NCBI GenBank assembly: GCA_965212015.1
Contig: OZ243037.1
Span: forward strand, 704,001 to 768,000
Origin: Cenarchaeum sp.
GTDB lineage: Archaea; Thermoproteota; Nitrososphaeria; Nitrososphaerales; Nitrosopumilaceae
Length of the DNA stretch: 64,000 nucleotides
Direction: 5' to 3'
Shown here: positions 51,701 to 60,258 of the stretch, one piece after another
Layout of the letters: every line of letters starts with the position of its first letter
Numbering within the stretch: the first letter of the stretch is position 1
Notes under the pieces: generated by a model
Databases searched by the model: none
What the model was told of the DNA's origin: nothing
What the model saw: the letters and a program-made list of their open reading frames with translations, nothing else
Translations under genes and position numbers: made by a program

Positions 51701-52114
51701 GCCAGCCATAATCGTCTTACCCGCTCCCGGATCATGTGCTAATAGGAATCTAATACGCGGTATCTTTAGAACATGCCCGTATACCGCATCGATCTGATGT
51801 GGAAGTGGATCTATCTTGGACGAGTTCATGGCTAGTAATGGGTCATATAGGAACGCAAAACGGTATCTGATGGTCTCCAGTGCCAGGAATACCTTCCACG
51901 GCTCACTGGAAAAATCACAGTTGATCTTCTTGAGGCTGATATGGGTTAATTCCTCAGCAGCTAGGACAGCATCCACATGTGTGCCAGACTGTGTTAGTGA
52001 ACCGATTATTCTCACCATACCGTCTAATTGATCTACTTTTTTGATTTCTACTGGTTCTAACCACTTGGGGCCCTCAATCAATACACCGGCTTCAAGATCA
52101 GTGACATTCAACAT
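48782..52114 (-). CDS. SNF2-family helicase with C-terminal DUF3883 nuclease domain
   Basis: PLPHQ, DPGAGKT, DEAH, TATPH, QRMGRIHRYGQ; GYDIKS...IEVKG. Confidence 0.93.
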   Translation of the reverse strand: MLNVTDLEAGVLIEGPKWLEPVEIKKVDQLDGMVRIIGSLTQSGTHVDAVLAAEELTHISLKKINCDFSSEPWKVFLALETIRYRFAFLYDPLLAMNSSKIDPLPHQIDAVYGHVLKIPRIRFLLAHDPGAGKTIMAGLIIKELKLRHLARRILIVVPGHLKDQWRRELKDKFEESFVIADRGTTDALYGENVWHKENQLITSIDFAKREEVASSMQTAQFDLVIVDEAHKMAAYRYGDKVTKTSRYRLGEILSTNSEHLLFLTATPHKGDNENFRLFLDLLEPGFFATTEMLEESLKKDENTLFLRQIKEDMKDFDGKPLFLPRHVSTPAYSLSNPERDLYRSVTEYVRNQFNKALSPDKKRNIGFAVIVLQRRLASSSFALWRSLQRRRDRLSVLLKDFERSKQTAPNVVDFEEVEDMSEEDRWKHEQIWETLSIAENRDELRKEIHTIEELIGVAKDVIDGEHEIKLKALKQTMEELDRKHVNDKILIFTESRDTLEYLKKRVISWGHMVSTIHGGMKLAERIEAEKTFKNQSRVMIATEAAGEGINLQFCHLMINYDIPWNPNRLEQRMGRIHRYGQKYEVFVYNLMAQDTIEGRIFRRLFEKLAEIRSKMGSDRVYDIIGDIYHGRDLAQLLSDAAMGAKTEEEVLKEMEITVDHDYIRKIRENLTDTLATRNIDFRKIGDIKEVARENRLMPEYTSDFFIKAFAKAEGKIRIRQGGLYAIDSIPYQIRNIAREDHFRRSFGTLQSGYRKITFGKEVSAKDQDAEFLTFGHPLFEAVLEWISKEFTTNLQRGATFVDHSGQLNGTVLFFEGIIQDGTGRIAGKRLFSYYVDAATGTAEHIPTTILWDLDDSIGGHTEPVDLVGQKATVQTGVIATLRDYQKELLDERERQAQIKEKYGIRSMQKLIHDHDADLLSLRERRRQGENVDIAIRRKEERQRQYIDSKQRLEDLIKREKNLTISTPTFLGIIKVIPSDVIPDAMRENTESEMVAMRAAMEFERAHGREPTDVSKTIGLGYDIKSTGDGGIRYIEVKGRHKEGRVALTRNEWFKALHLGTDYYLYVVWNTKDHPETDMVPRVIQDPAHTINPKKDVHYIVDTEVIREKST

Positions 52115-52221
52115 GGTTAATTCATACCCTCAATGAATAAATCTTGCCCCATAGATGTCGATGGTTTTGAATTATTATGATCCGACTCGTACATAACCTC
52201 CCGATCATGTGATTTATGGCC

Positions 52222-52449
52222 GGCCTTGGTGACCTGTACGGGCCTTGGTGACCTGTACGGGCCTTGGTGACCTGTACGGGCCTTGGTGACCTGTACGGGC
52301 CTTGGTGACCTGTACGGGCCTTGGTGACCTGTACGGGCCTTGGTGACCTGTACGGGCCTTGGTGACCTGTACGGGCCTTGGTGACCTGTACGGGCCTTGG
52401 TGACCTGTACGGGCCTTGGTGACCTGTACGGGCCTTGGTGACCTGTACG
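52222..52449. repeat. Perfect tandem array, 12 x 19 bp
   Basis: Unit GGCCTTGGTGACCTGTACG, 228 bp. Confidence 0.98.
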
Positions 52450-52487
52450 GGCTTGTGCGGGCTTTGTGTATGTGATTTGTATCCTGT

Positions 52488-52583
52488 CCGGGCCGGGACT
52501 CCGGCCCGGGATGGTTCTGGGCAAGAGGGCCGGCTCTGCCGGCCCGATGATGTGATGGGATAGGGCTCCCGTCAGGGAGCCCT
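52488..52583. other. Three consecutive GC-rich perfect hairpins
   Basis: CCGGGCCGG-gact-CCGGCCCGG; GGGCCGGC-tct-GCCGGCCC; AGGGCTCCC-gtca-GGGAGCCCT. Confidence 0.85.
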
Positions 52584-52711
52584 GGAGGAAAAGACGTTGA
52601 GATTACCGAGTCAGAGTTCGTTGTTGGAGACTTGTGAGGTAACTGCGAGCTGGAAAATCTGCCGGCTCAGGCATAACAGCCCGTCCGGGGCACATTCAAT
52701 CATGCCCTAAA

Positions 52712-52876
52712 TGCATATTATGCATGACCCTCATGCATGTTCTGCACCATACAAGTGCATATTCTGCATGGGAAAAAACGCCCATTATGCCAAATATGCA
52801 CCGCCCTCATGCATGTTCTGCATACGGAAAACATGTCTCATGCTAAACATGCACCATCCTGGTGCATTTTATGCAT
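52712..52876. promoter_or_regulatory. Seven phased TGC-N6-TGCA sites (operator/centromere-like)
   Basis: Copies at 52712, 52734, 52756, 52788, 52810, 52841, 52863. Confidence 0.7.
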
Positions 52877-52912
52877 TTTTTTGGCCTTTTATGTAAACCG
52901 ATATTATACAGC

Positions 52913-53239
52913 ATGGAACTTGAAGACATACAGCGAAAGATCCAATTCCGCCAGGGCTCATATATGGTGACCATACCGCTCCAGATAATCCACATGCTGG
53001 GAATCCGCAAGGACCATCATGTGAAGTTTGCCGTCTCCAAAAACAAGATTGTCATAAAGCCAATCGAGTCCAACATTACCAAAAAGGATCTGAGCGAGGC
53101 CGAAAAAGACTCTGCCATACTGGATGAATCCCACACTCCCGGATACCGGGAGGATCTTGCCATAGCGCTGGGACGAAAGACCAAACCTGAAAAAGATAGT
53201 GCAGAGCCCAGCCGCCTTGAAAAGCTCAGGATGAAATGA
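52913..53239 (+). CDS. AbrB/MazE/SpoVT-fold DNA-binding protein with charged tail
   Basis: RKIQ..GSYMVTIP..I...LGI......IVIKP. Confidence 0.85.
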   Translation: MELEDIQRKIQFRQGSYMVTIPLQIIHMLGIRKDHHVKFAVSKNKIVIKPIESNITKKDLSEAEKDSAILDESHTPGYREDLAIALGRKTKPEKDSAEPSRLEKLRMK

Positions 53240-56200
53240 CTACGGTCGATACCTTTTTTCTTTCCTCATCATCAAGGCCGTCGCGGATCTGCCTTATTTT
53301 ATAGCTCTTGGACCACACGTGGCACTCGGAGAATCCAAGCTTTGGCCACTTTGTCATGTTGTATCTTACGTGCTCCTGGTGGCTCTGCACCTCGCTGAGA
53401 GACTCTATCTCTACACTGATTGCGATTTCCTCTGTATAGTTATAGGCTACCAGATCAGTCCGGTCCCTTCCCTTTTTGATGCGCTGGGATGCCATTGCCA
53501 CAAACAGGCCCTCGTCCAGATACGCCTCGATTGCCTTTTTGGAGACCTCCGGTATGTCAGGTGCCGTGCCAATCTGTGCATAGTCAAACTCAAAGTATGC
53601 CTTTTGGGTCTTTTCAGCAAGCCTGTACGGCGAGGTTCGCTCCGCACCGGTCCTCTCTATCCTGCCGTGCTCCTCCATCTCTTTGAGAACGGGCACCACC
53701 TCGTCCCTGTTCTGCACCTTGAGGGCATTTACAATCTGGGCCTGCCTCATCTCCTCCCCGGACAGCAGGCGCATTATATCCCACTCCATCTTGGTCGGAA
53801 ACTCGACTTCAATGTTTTCAATCCACCTGTTTCTCTCCCTGCCGGCCTGCGCTATCGAGTTCTGGCCTATGCTGCCGCCGCCGTACCTTGCCAGCTGTGC
53901 CGCAATATACGCGTCATACTCTGCTTCCCCTACCAGAATCTCCGGCGGCGGACTGAGCCAGAACTGCATGGGCGGGGGCTGCTCCTGGCCCGGCGGCGCC
54001 TTTTCGCGCACGGTCCAGTGAAAGTACTCCTGGCTGGCAAGCTGCTGTAGGAGCTCCCTTTGGAACTGGGGATCCCATATCTGGGCTATCCGGGATGCGT
54101 CCTTGCCGTTGACTTTGCCTATCATCTGCGTGCCAGAGTTTCCTGATATTATTCCAAGCTGCTTGTCGCTTATCTGCTCGGTGGTCTGGTGGGATAACAC
54201 GAGCCCCAGTCCCAGTGATCTTGCCTGCTCGAGCATCAGCTGTAATACCTGGAGGTCCTTTACTATCTGAAACTCGTCTAACGCCAGAACCACCTGTGTT
54301 CGTTCCGACTCGTCCGGAACACGGTTTGCCCTCTCTTGTATGGTAAACCACAGTTTTAGTATGAACGCCTGCATGGCCAGCGGCTGGACGTGCTGCGGCA
54401 TGTTGAGCGGGGATATCCGGACAATGGTCTGCCGTCCAGGCTTTATTAATTCGCCAAAGTCTACCGTTCCCCTACGTACAGAGAACATGCGCTTTAGCAC
54501 GGGGTCGGTAGCAAACTGCTCCACGCGGTTGAGCAGGGGCGTAAAGGCATCCCCCTTTAGGGTGGCAATGCTGGTAAGTGCCTGCTTCATCTCGGGATCC
54601 GGCGTGCCAAACGTCTGTATGATATGCGGCATGGCGCGCACGCCATTATCCTGTAGTCGCAATATGATATCGTGAATGTCTAGGAACGTGGGGGCATCGT
54701 GCCTCATGTAAATATAGAACAGCAAGGCCCGGAATATTCGCTCCATCTGCACATAGCTTGCCGACTGCTGGTACCATTCCTCTATGGTCTTCATGAAATA
54801 CCCGACATATCGAGACACGACCTCCTCGCGCTCCCACGGGGAATGCGCCGGCAATTCCAGTGGGTTTATCGAGAATTTGGTCTTTTGTGGATCCAAAAAG
54901 TGTATGCGCTCGCCTGTCAGGGATTCTGCCTCACACTGCCGGACAAACTTGTGTGAGTCGTCCCCCTTGGGGTCCACGTATATGAACGCGTTTGGAAACT
55001 TGCCGTTGTGGTTCCACATTTCCAGATGCTTGGCAAACAGCCTGATCAGCGAGGTCTTGCCGGAGCCCGATGCCCCGACGGCATAGACGTGCGTGGCAAA
55101 GTCGGTAGGCGATATGACTGCGGCATTTAGGTCCTTTGACCTATCAATCCCGCCCCACAGAGACTTCCAGTCAAAGCCTTTTTCCGGATTCTTGAAAAAC
55201 CCGACACATGCCCCCGCCTTTAGCGACGGCTTTGAGGGGATCATTACTCCGCGCGTGGTATCGATGTTTGGCGTGACAGGCTCTGGCAAATGCACCAAAA
55301 GAGGAATCTCCTCCAGGTTCAGTATGAGAAACGGAAGCGGCTCGCGCTCGCGGTACCCCAGTATCCCCTTGTCAAAATAGCGCCCGATCGCACCGTCCAG
55401 AAACTTGCCGGGGTCCGGAAGCAGCCTGTGCCTGAATATGCCTATTCTGGGCATCTTTTCCCTGCTGTCTGCCACCCGAATCCGCGTCTTTTTGGGCTCA
55501 TCTGCCAGAAAATTTTGATACTTGTATCGGAATTTTGTAAGGTGCTCGTGGCCGGAATGGATGTTCTCGACTGGCAGGGCCTCTATTTCGTCAAAATTGA
55601 GGTCTATATCGCGATCGCTCCTTATCATGCCCCTTATGCTCATGAGCAGCTGGGCAGACTGCATCTTGAGCGTGGCATGCTTTTGAAGGCCGCCGTAATT
55701 GTTGGTAAAGTCGTACCCCATCTCAGGGTGCTCGTGGGGCTTTTTGTCCGGATTCATGATAATCTCGGTATTGCTGAGGTATCTGCCGCGCTTGATCTCG
55801 CGCACCTTTTCATCCAGCCTGCCCACGTGTTTGCGCAGGAACGGGCCGAACGTGTGGTGCTTGAATACGATCTGTATCCAGGCGTGCCTGGAGAGCTGTA
55901 CGGTGTTTGCCACCTGCGTGATCAGCTGGTGCGCGCGGGCCCGGTCAAATACGGCCGAATAATGGCCGTGATATGTCCCCACGTCAAATATCTGGCACTC
56001 GGACTCGTCAAACCACCCCGGCACCGTGTTTGACATGTCAGAGAATACGGAATTTGGATACATGTTTAGAAATGCCTGCTTGTAGGCGGCAAGGTCGTTT
56101 TTTTCCGCTACCAGGACAAACTCCATTTTTTTCTCATCGGCGTCCCACCACACCTCAAAGCTCCGAATACCTGCGCTGGCAAGCCCGCCGGCTGCCAGTA

Positions 56201-56342
56201 CTGCCTTTTTTTCATTCATGTCTATGGGGACGACAATCGAGCAGGCGGCCAGCTCCCCCGGCGTGGCAAGAAAATCCTTGACCTGATCCAGCCTGCCTGA
56301 TGGTTTTTTCTTGTTGGCAAGGCGCCACCGTTTTGAACCCAC
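53226..56342 (-). CDS. VirD4/TraD/HerA-like ATPase with C-terminal wHTH and putative nuclease-fold domain
   Basis: GASGSGKT, VDPKGD, INPL, LALDEFQ, RSLGLGLVLSHQ; tail TDLVA...SVEIE. Confidence 0.85.
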   Translation of the reverse strand: MGSKRWRLANKKKPSGRLDQVKDFLATPGELAACSIVVPIDMNEKKAVLAAGGLASAGIRSFEVWWDADEKKMEFVLVAEKNDLAAYKQAFLNMYPNSVFSDMSNTVPGWFDESECQIFDVGTYHGHYSAVFDRARAHQLITQVANTVQLSRHAWIQIVFKHHTFGPFLRKHVGRLDEKVREIKRGRYLSNTEIIMNPDKKPHEHPEMGYDFTNNYGGLQKHATLKMQSAQLLMSIRGMIRSDRDIDLNFDEIEALPVENIHSGHEHLTKFRYKYQNFLADEPKKTRIRVADSREKMPRIGIFRHRLLPDPGKFLDGAIGRYFDKGILGYREREPLPFLILNLEEIPLLVHLPEPVTPNIDTTRGVMIPSKPSLKAGACVGFFKNPEKGFDWKSLWGGIDRSKDLNAAVISPTDFATHVYAVGASGSGKTSLIRLFAKHLEMWNHNGKFPNAFIYVDPKGDDSHKFVRQCEAESLTGERIHFLDPQKTKFSINPLELPAHSPWEREEVVSRYVGYFMKTIEEWYQQSASYVQMERIFRALLFYIYMRHDAPTFLDIHDIILRLQDNGVRAMPHIIQTFGTPDPEMKQALTSIATLKGDAFTPLLNRVEQFATDPVLKRMFSVRRGTVDFGELIKPGRQTIVRISPLNMPQHVQPLAMQAFILKLWFTIQERANRVPDESERTQVVLALDEFQIVKDLQVLQLMLEQARSLGLGLVLSHQTTEQISDKQLGIISGNSGTQMIGKVNGKDASRIAQIWDPQFQRELLQQLASQEYFHWTVREKAPPGQEQPPPMQFWLSPPPEILVGEAEYDAYIAAQLARYGGGSIGQNSIAQAGRERNRWIENIEVEFPTKMEWDIMRLLSGEEMRQAQIVNALKVQNRDEVVPVLKEMEEHGRIERTGAERTSPYRLAEKTQKAYFEFDYAQIGTAPDIPEVSKKAIEAYLDEGLFVAMASQRIKKGRDRTDLVAYNYTEEIAISVEIESLSEVQSHQEHVRYNMTKWPKLGFSECHVWSKSYKIRQIRDGLDDEERKKVSTVVISS

Positions 56343-56394
56343 ACAGACAAAACCCCGGTTGTATTTAAGGCGGTTTTATCGTGCAAAAAAAAAA

Positions 56395-57207
56395 TTACTC
56401 TACAAGCTTGTAGAGGCCGGCGGCATTGCTCATCACCGGATTGACGGGGACGCTGATCTTGAACTTTTTGAGCCGCGCCTCGAGCTCGTCGCGCACGCCG
56501 GGAATCAACAGTCCCCCGCCGGATAACGCAAGCTCGTACGAGCCATAGTTTGAGGCCACGTCGGTTATCTCCGTTGCCAGGTTTTCTGCAAGCACCTTTG
56601 CGTATTTTTTGCACGTCTCCTTGCGCCGTACCAGAAGGTCCCTGTACAGGTGGGCAAACTTGCCCACTTTACGGGTTATGAACTCCGATGCCCACCTCGA
56701 GCTCTCACCGTCGATCACCTCATTGTCGTCAATGACCACTATCTCTGTGGTCCCCTGTCCGATGGATACGACCATGCCGGTGCTCTTTCCGAGGTCGATG
56801 AGTGTTCCTACTGCCTGGGCGACCACGTCGCACCTTTCCACGTCCGTCGATCTTTTGACGATCTTGGAGATGGATTCGCGGCAGTCAGATGCCTCGTATG
56901 GCAGCCCCACGGCTATCCGGGTCTTTTCCTCCTTTTCTGTGCCGCAGAGCCTGTCAATGGCCTCGCGGATCAGCAGCTCTACCTGTTTTTGATATCTGGG
57001 ATCCGGCCTTCCGCGCACTATGGGCCTGACTATGGAGGTGCCGGTGCTCTCTAGCATCCTTAACGCCCCCTCGCCTACTGCCTCCGATGCCTTGCCGGTC
57101 CAGTCGCCGTTTGTCCTCTTGACGTACAGCGACGGAAACGTGACAGAGCCCCGGTTGGATACGCACTTTACAAAGCCGGTTCCGATATCCAGTCCTAACT
57201 TTAGCAT
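56395..57207 (-). CDS. Actin-fold ATPase (ParM/MamK/MreB-like)
   Basis: GLDIGTGFVK phosphate-1, SIGQGTTE phosphate-2, LSGGG adenosine motif, NPVMSNAAG. Confidence 0.85.
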   Translation of the reverse strand: MLKLGLDIGTGFVKCVSNRGSVTFPSLYVKRTNGDWTGKASEAVGEGALRMLESTGTSIVRPIVRGRPDPRYQKQVELLIREAIDRLCGTEKEEKTRIAVGLPYEASDCRESISKIVKRSTDVERCDVVAQAVGTLIDLGKSTGMVVSIGQGTTEIVVIDDNEVIDGESSRWASEFITRKVGKFAHLYRDLLVRRKETCKKYAKVLAENLATEITDVASNYGSYELALSGGGLLIPGVRDELEARLKKFKISVPVNPVMSNAAGLYKLVE

Positions 57208-57464
57208 TACAATACAAATGTGAGATGGATTTAAGGCCAAAAATTTATGGCAGTTTAGTGTACGAGGTCACCTGTCCTGCCTAAAAGACATCTTGTGATG
57301 CGAAATTCACGCCTAATTACAGTAAGACGTGACCTCACACAGTTTAGTGTATTTAAAGTATAAATATTATAAATACATATGCAGCCTGATAATTCTAGAG
57401 GCTCAGAAAATATACAAAGAATGGAAAAGACAAAATAAGGCGACAAGAATTATTTGATATCATA

Positions 57465-57620
57465 TTGGCATCAGATGAAAGCAATGAAGTTGTTAAGAAG
57501 GATGAACTGGACAAAATCATCGATAGTCTAGTTGCTCAAATGTGTTATGCTCTTAATGAAGATAAGAAACGGATGGATAAGATAGAAGATCGAATCAAAA
57601 ATCTAGAACCCGATGACTAG
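57465..57620 (+). CDS. Possible 51-aa coiled-coil protein
   Basis: TTG-start ORF MASDESNEVVKKDELDKIID...RIKNLEPDD. Confidence 0.4.
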   Translation: MASDESNEVVKKDELDKIIDSLVAQMCYALNEDKKRMDKIEDRIKNLEPDD

Positions 57621-57750
57621 CTCTTGATTACGTAACAGAACCTCAAATCATCCTCCATGTTTAACGATATTATCGGCATAAAGCCAAAAATTGATCCGGT
57701 AGGCTAGATGATTTTACATGCATTATTCCGGATGTTTTTTCAGAGGCCAG

Positions 57751-58626
57751 TCACATGTCGGATGCCGCATCTGCAAGCTTTGTTTTTTCCTCCTCCTCCT
57801 GCCTTATGATCTCGTTGTATTTTTTCATGTCGAGGTGTTTTTTGATGTTGGTTTCAAGTAGTCTTACGAGCTTTTTTGGATCTAGTGCGTCAAGCTCCCA
57901 TGATTGATCCCCGTATATCTCCCTGTACTGTCCGGATCTGGGATCGGACATCTTTGTGGGGTTTGGGGGCGGCTCGTATTTTTTTATCTGATCCATTGTA
58001 AGGGCAATCCTCTGTATGTCGACTGAGCATCTAAAATCGGCCAGCCGCATGTTCATGTCACGCACCATGTCGATTCCGCTCGGATCGTGGTCGCCCAGAT
58101 ATAGAATGTGGCATATCTTGCCGTTCTCTTCGTCCTGTTGGTTTATCCTCTGTGCCAGATCATGCATGGCACTGGCAGACGCGTATCCCTTGTTTGCAAG
58201 CAGCGAGACGTGATACTTGTCGGCTACCGGCTCCAGGATTCCGGCCAGTGCCTCCTTTTCAACTATGACCTCCACATAGTGCGGCTGGTCATGCCATCTG
58301 TGCCTTCGATATGAATAGGTGGCCGCATTGACGAGGTCGGACAGATTCCAAAACTGGCTGGGCATTATCCGCTTTCTTACCCTGTCCACTATGGTGTCCC
58401 AGTCGATCTCGCCGTTCATCCGGCCTATGTTGAGGAGCTTGCTTGTACGCTGATACATATTGTCCACATTTGCCAGTATAAGGCGCGTCACCATCTGATA
58501 GTATACCTGCCTGACGGTGAGGAGATAATTCAGAGCCTCGTATTCCTCTATCACGTGGATCATCTTGTCTAAAAGTATCCTACTAGCTTTGTGGATGTTT
58601 TTTTCTGCATATTGTATTTTGGCCAT
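57751..58626 (-). CDS. Stand-alone Topo VI-A/Spo11-like wHTH-TOPRIM protein
   Basis: TVRQVYY, VEVIVEKEAL, KGY, LGDHDPSG, WELDAL. Confidence 0.85.
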   Translation of the reverse strand: MAKIQYAEKNIHKASRILLDKMIHVIEEYEALNYLLTVRQVYYQMVTRLILANVDNMYQRTSKLLNIGRMNGEIDWDTIVDRVRKRIMPSQFWNLSDLVNAATYSYRRHRWHDQPHYVEVIVEKEALAGILEPVADKYHVSLLANKGYASASAMHDLAQRINQQDEENGKICHILYLGDHDPSGIDMVRDMNMRLADFRCSVDIQRIALTMDQIKKYEPPPNPTKMSDPRSGQYREIYGDQSWELDALDPKKLVRLLETNIKKHLDMKKYNEIIRQEEEEKTKLADAASDM

Positions 58627-58925
58627 GATAAAGTACCATAACATACCGTACTGGGTATATATTATTGTAACGATCAGGGTGGTCGGCAGGCGGATTACGG
58701 GTTTGGGTTCGGCTAGAGTCATGATTGGGTAGGACTATATGTTCAGATAAATCACTCTGCCGGTGCAATTCGGGCCGATACGAAATATGACGGCCTTTTA
58801 AGCTGCCCGTATTTCACAGATATGGAAGAATTCATTCAGGTTCCAAAAAGCATGCTGCTACAGTTACAGCAATTAATCCTGGAATACAGGACCGAGGTTG
58901 AAAGGATGAAAAAGGCATTTACCGG

Positions 58926-60185
58926 CTAGGTCTGCAGGGATTTCTGCTTTAAAAGCTCGCCAAAGATCAGGTCAAGTTTTTTCTCTACCTTTCTGATGCG
59001 CTCAAGGCCCGCGTTCATCTCGTCTATCACGCCCTGCTGCGTCTTTGCATCCTGCGGCAAGAGCGCCCCGTCGAGAATGTATCCGCACTGGGAGCATCTC
59101 TGGTTATCCGGGGTGTTTTGTGTGCTGCACCGGGGACACGTATCAAGCCGTATTATCCCGTTGGAATCATCCTTGATTCTTATCCCGTGCATCTCCAGTA
59201 TCGCCTCGTCAATGTCCTTGCCTGACAGGTGGACGTATTTTTTTGCCATGTTTGAGTTTGGACTCCAGTTGCCATACACGCGAAGCGTCTGGTCTGAGAG
59301 CTTTTTGGCAAGAAGCGTCAGCTGCGTGTGCCGCATCAGATACAGCCACACCTTTTTTGTAATACCGGCATCCGTTGCATACTGCCTGAGGTGACAGCGC
59401 AGATAGCTGTACGATACCCTGGCCACCCCGCTCCGCGATGTTGTAGAGTGCCACAAAAACGCATCCGGATTGTCCCTTTCGGGGTGTTCCCTGAGCCACT
59501 CCAAAAGTGGCTTAAAGGATAGCACGAGTGCCACGCGCTTTGAACCAGTCTTGCCTCCATGTGTGGTAACCAGGACATGGTCGTCCTTGAAATCAATGCC
59601 GCCGACCTTGAACTTTAAGAGCTCACCGGTACGAAACGCACCCTCAAAGAGAACCCAGTACATTGCGCGGTCCCGCTTGTTTGATATCTTTCCCAAGAGG
59701 GCGACCACCTCGTCTGCAGTCAAAAGATCCTCTGGCCTTACTGTAACCTCGTTTTTGTCAAGGTACCGCGACGGCTTTATCCACGACACCTCTTTTGCGT
59801 ATCCGTCCTCCCGAGTTCCAATCTCGCCGGTCTTTACAAAATGGATGAATTTCAACAGGGCAAGGGCGTACGCCTTTTTCGTCTCGCCGCTGTATGCCTC
59901 GTTTGATATTATCTCAGACAGTATGGACTCGCAGTGATGTTTTTTGACGTTTTTTAGGCGTGTTTTTGCAAATTTCTTACCGTACAGCCGCAGTATGAGG
60001 GCCATCCTGTCGCCATAATAGCATATACGGCCGTCCCGGATTCCAGATATCTTTAGGTGCTCCAAAAATCTTACTGCCGCATCCCCCTGCGGTATCGTGC
60101 CAAACTGTCGCTTGAGACGCCTTATCTTTCCGGTATAGTTGTAAATATCGTCCTCGGATCTTGCGGTGTTATGTTTGACGTTCAT
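58926..60185 (-). CDS. Tyrosine integrase with C-terminal Zn ribbon
   Basis: GAFRTGE, GKTG, YLMRH (Y at the HxxR position), GNW..S.M...YVHL, CPRC..CSQC. Confidence 0.93.
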   Translation of the reverse strand: MNVKHNTARSEDDIYNYTGKIRRLKRQFGTIPQGDAAVRFLEHLKISGIRDGRICYYGDRMALILRLYGKKFAKTRLKNVKKHHCESILSEIISNEAYSGETKKAYALALLKFIHFVKTGEIGTREDGYAKEVSWIKPSRYLDKNEVTVRPEDLLTADEVVALLGKISNKRDRAMYWVLFEGAFRTGELLKFKVGGIDFKDDHVLVTTHGGKTGSKRVALVLSFKPLLEWLREHPERDNPDAFLWHSTTSRSGVARVSYSYLRCHLRQYATDAGITKKVWLYLMRHTQLTLLAKKLSDQTLRVYGNWSPNSNMAKKYVHLSGKDIDEAILEMHGIRIKDDSNGIIRLDTCPRCSTQNTPDNQRCSQCGYILDGALLPQDAKTQQGVIDEMNAGLERIRKVEKKLDLIFGELLKQKSLQT

Positions 60186-60258
60186 GGCGGCACACTCCAA
60201 GTATCGGTTAGTATAAAAGCCCGCTTTTTTCTGCAGGGCGTTGACCAAGAAGTTAGAG

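Noticed and set aside
52117-52524. 135-aa repeat ORF
   Set aside because: It is a read-through of the 19-bp array with no sign of coding function
58822-58929. 35-aa ORF convergent with the integrase (possible excisionase)
   Set aside because: No HTH or other motif supports it
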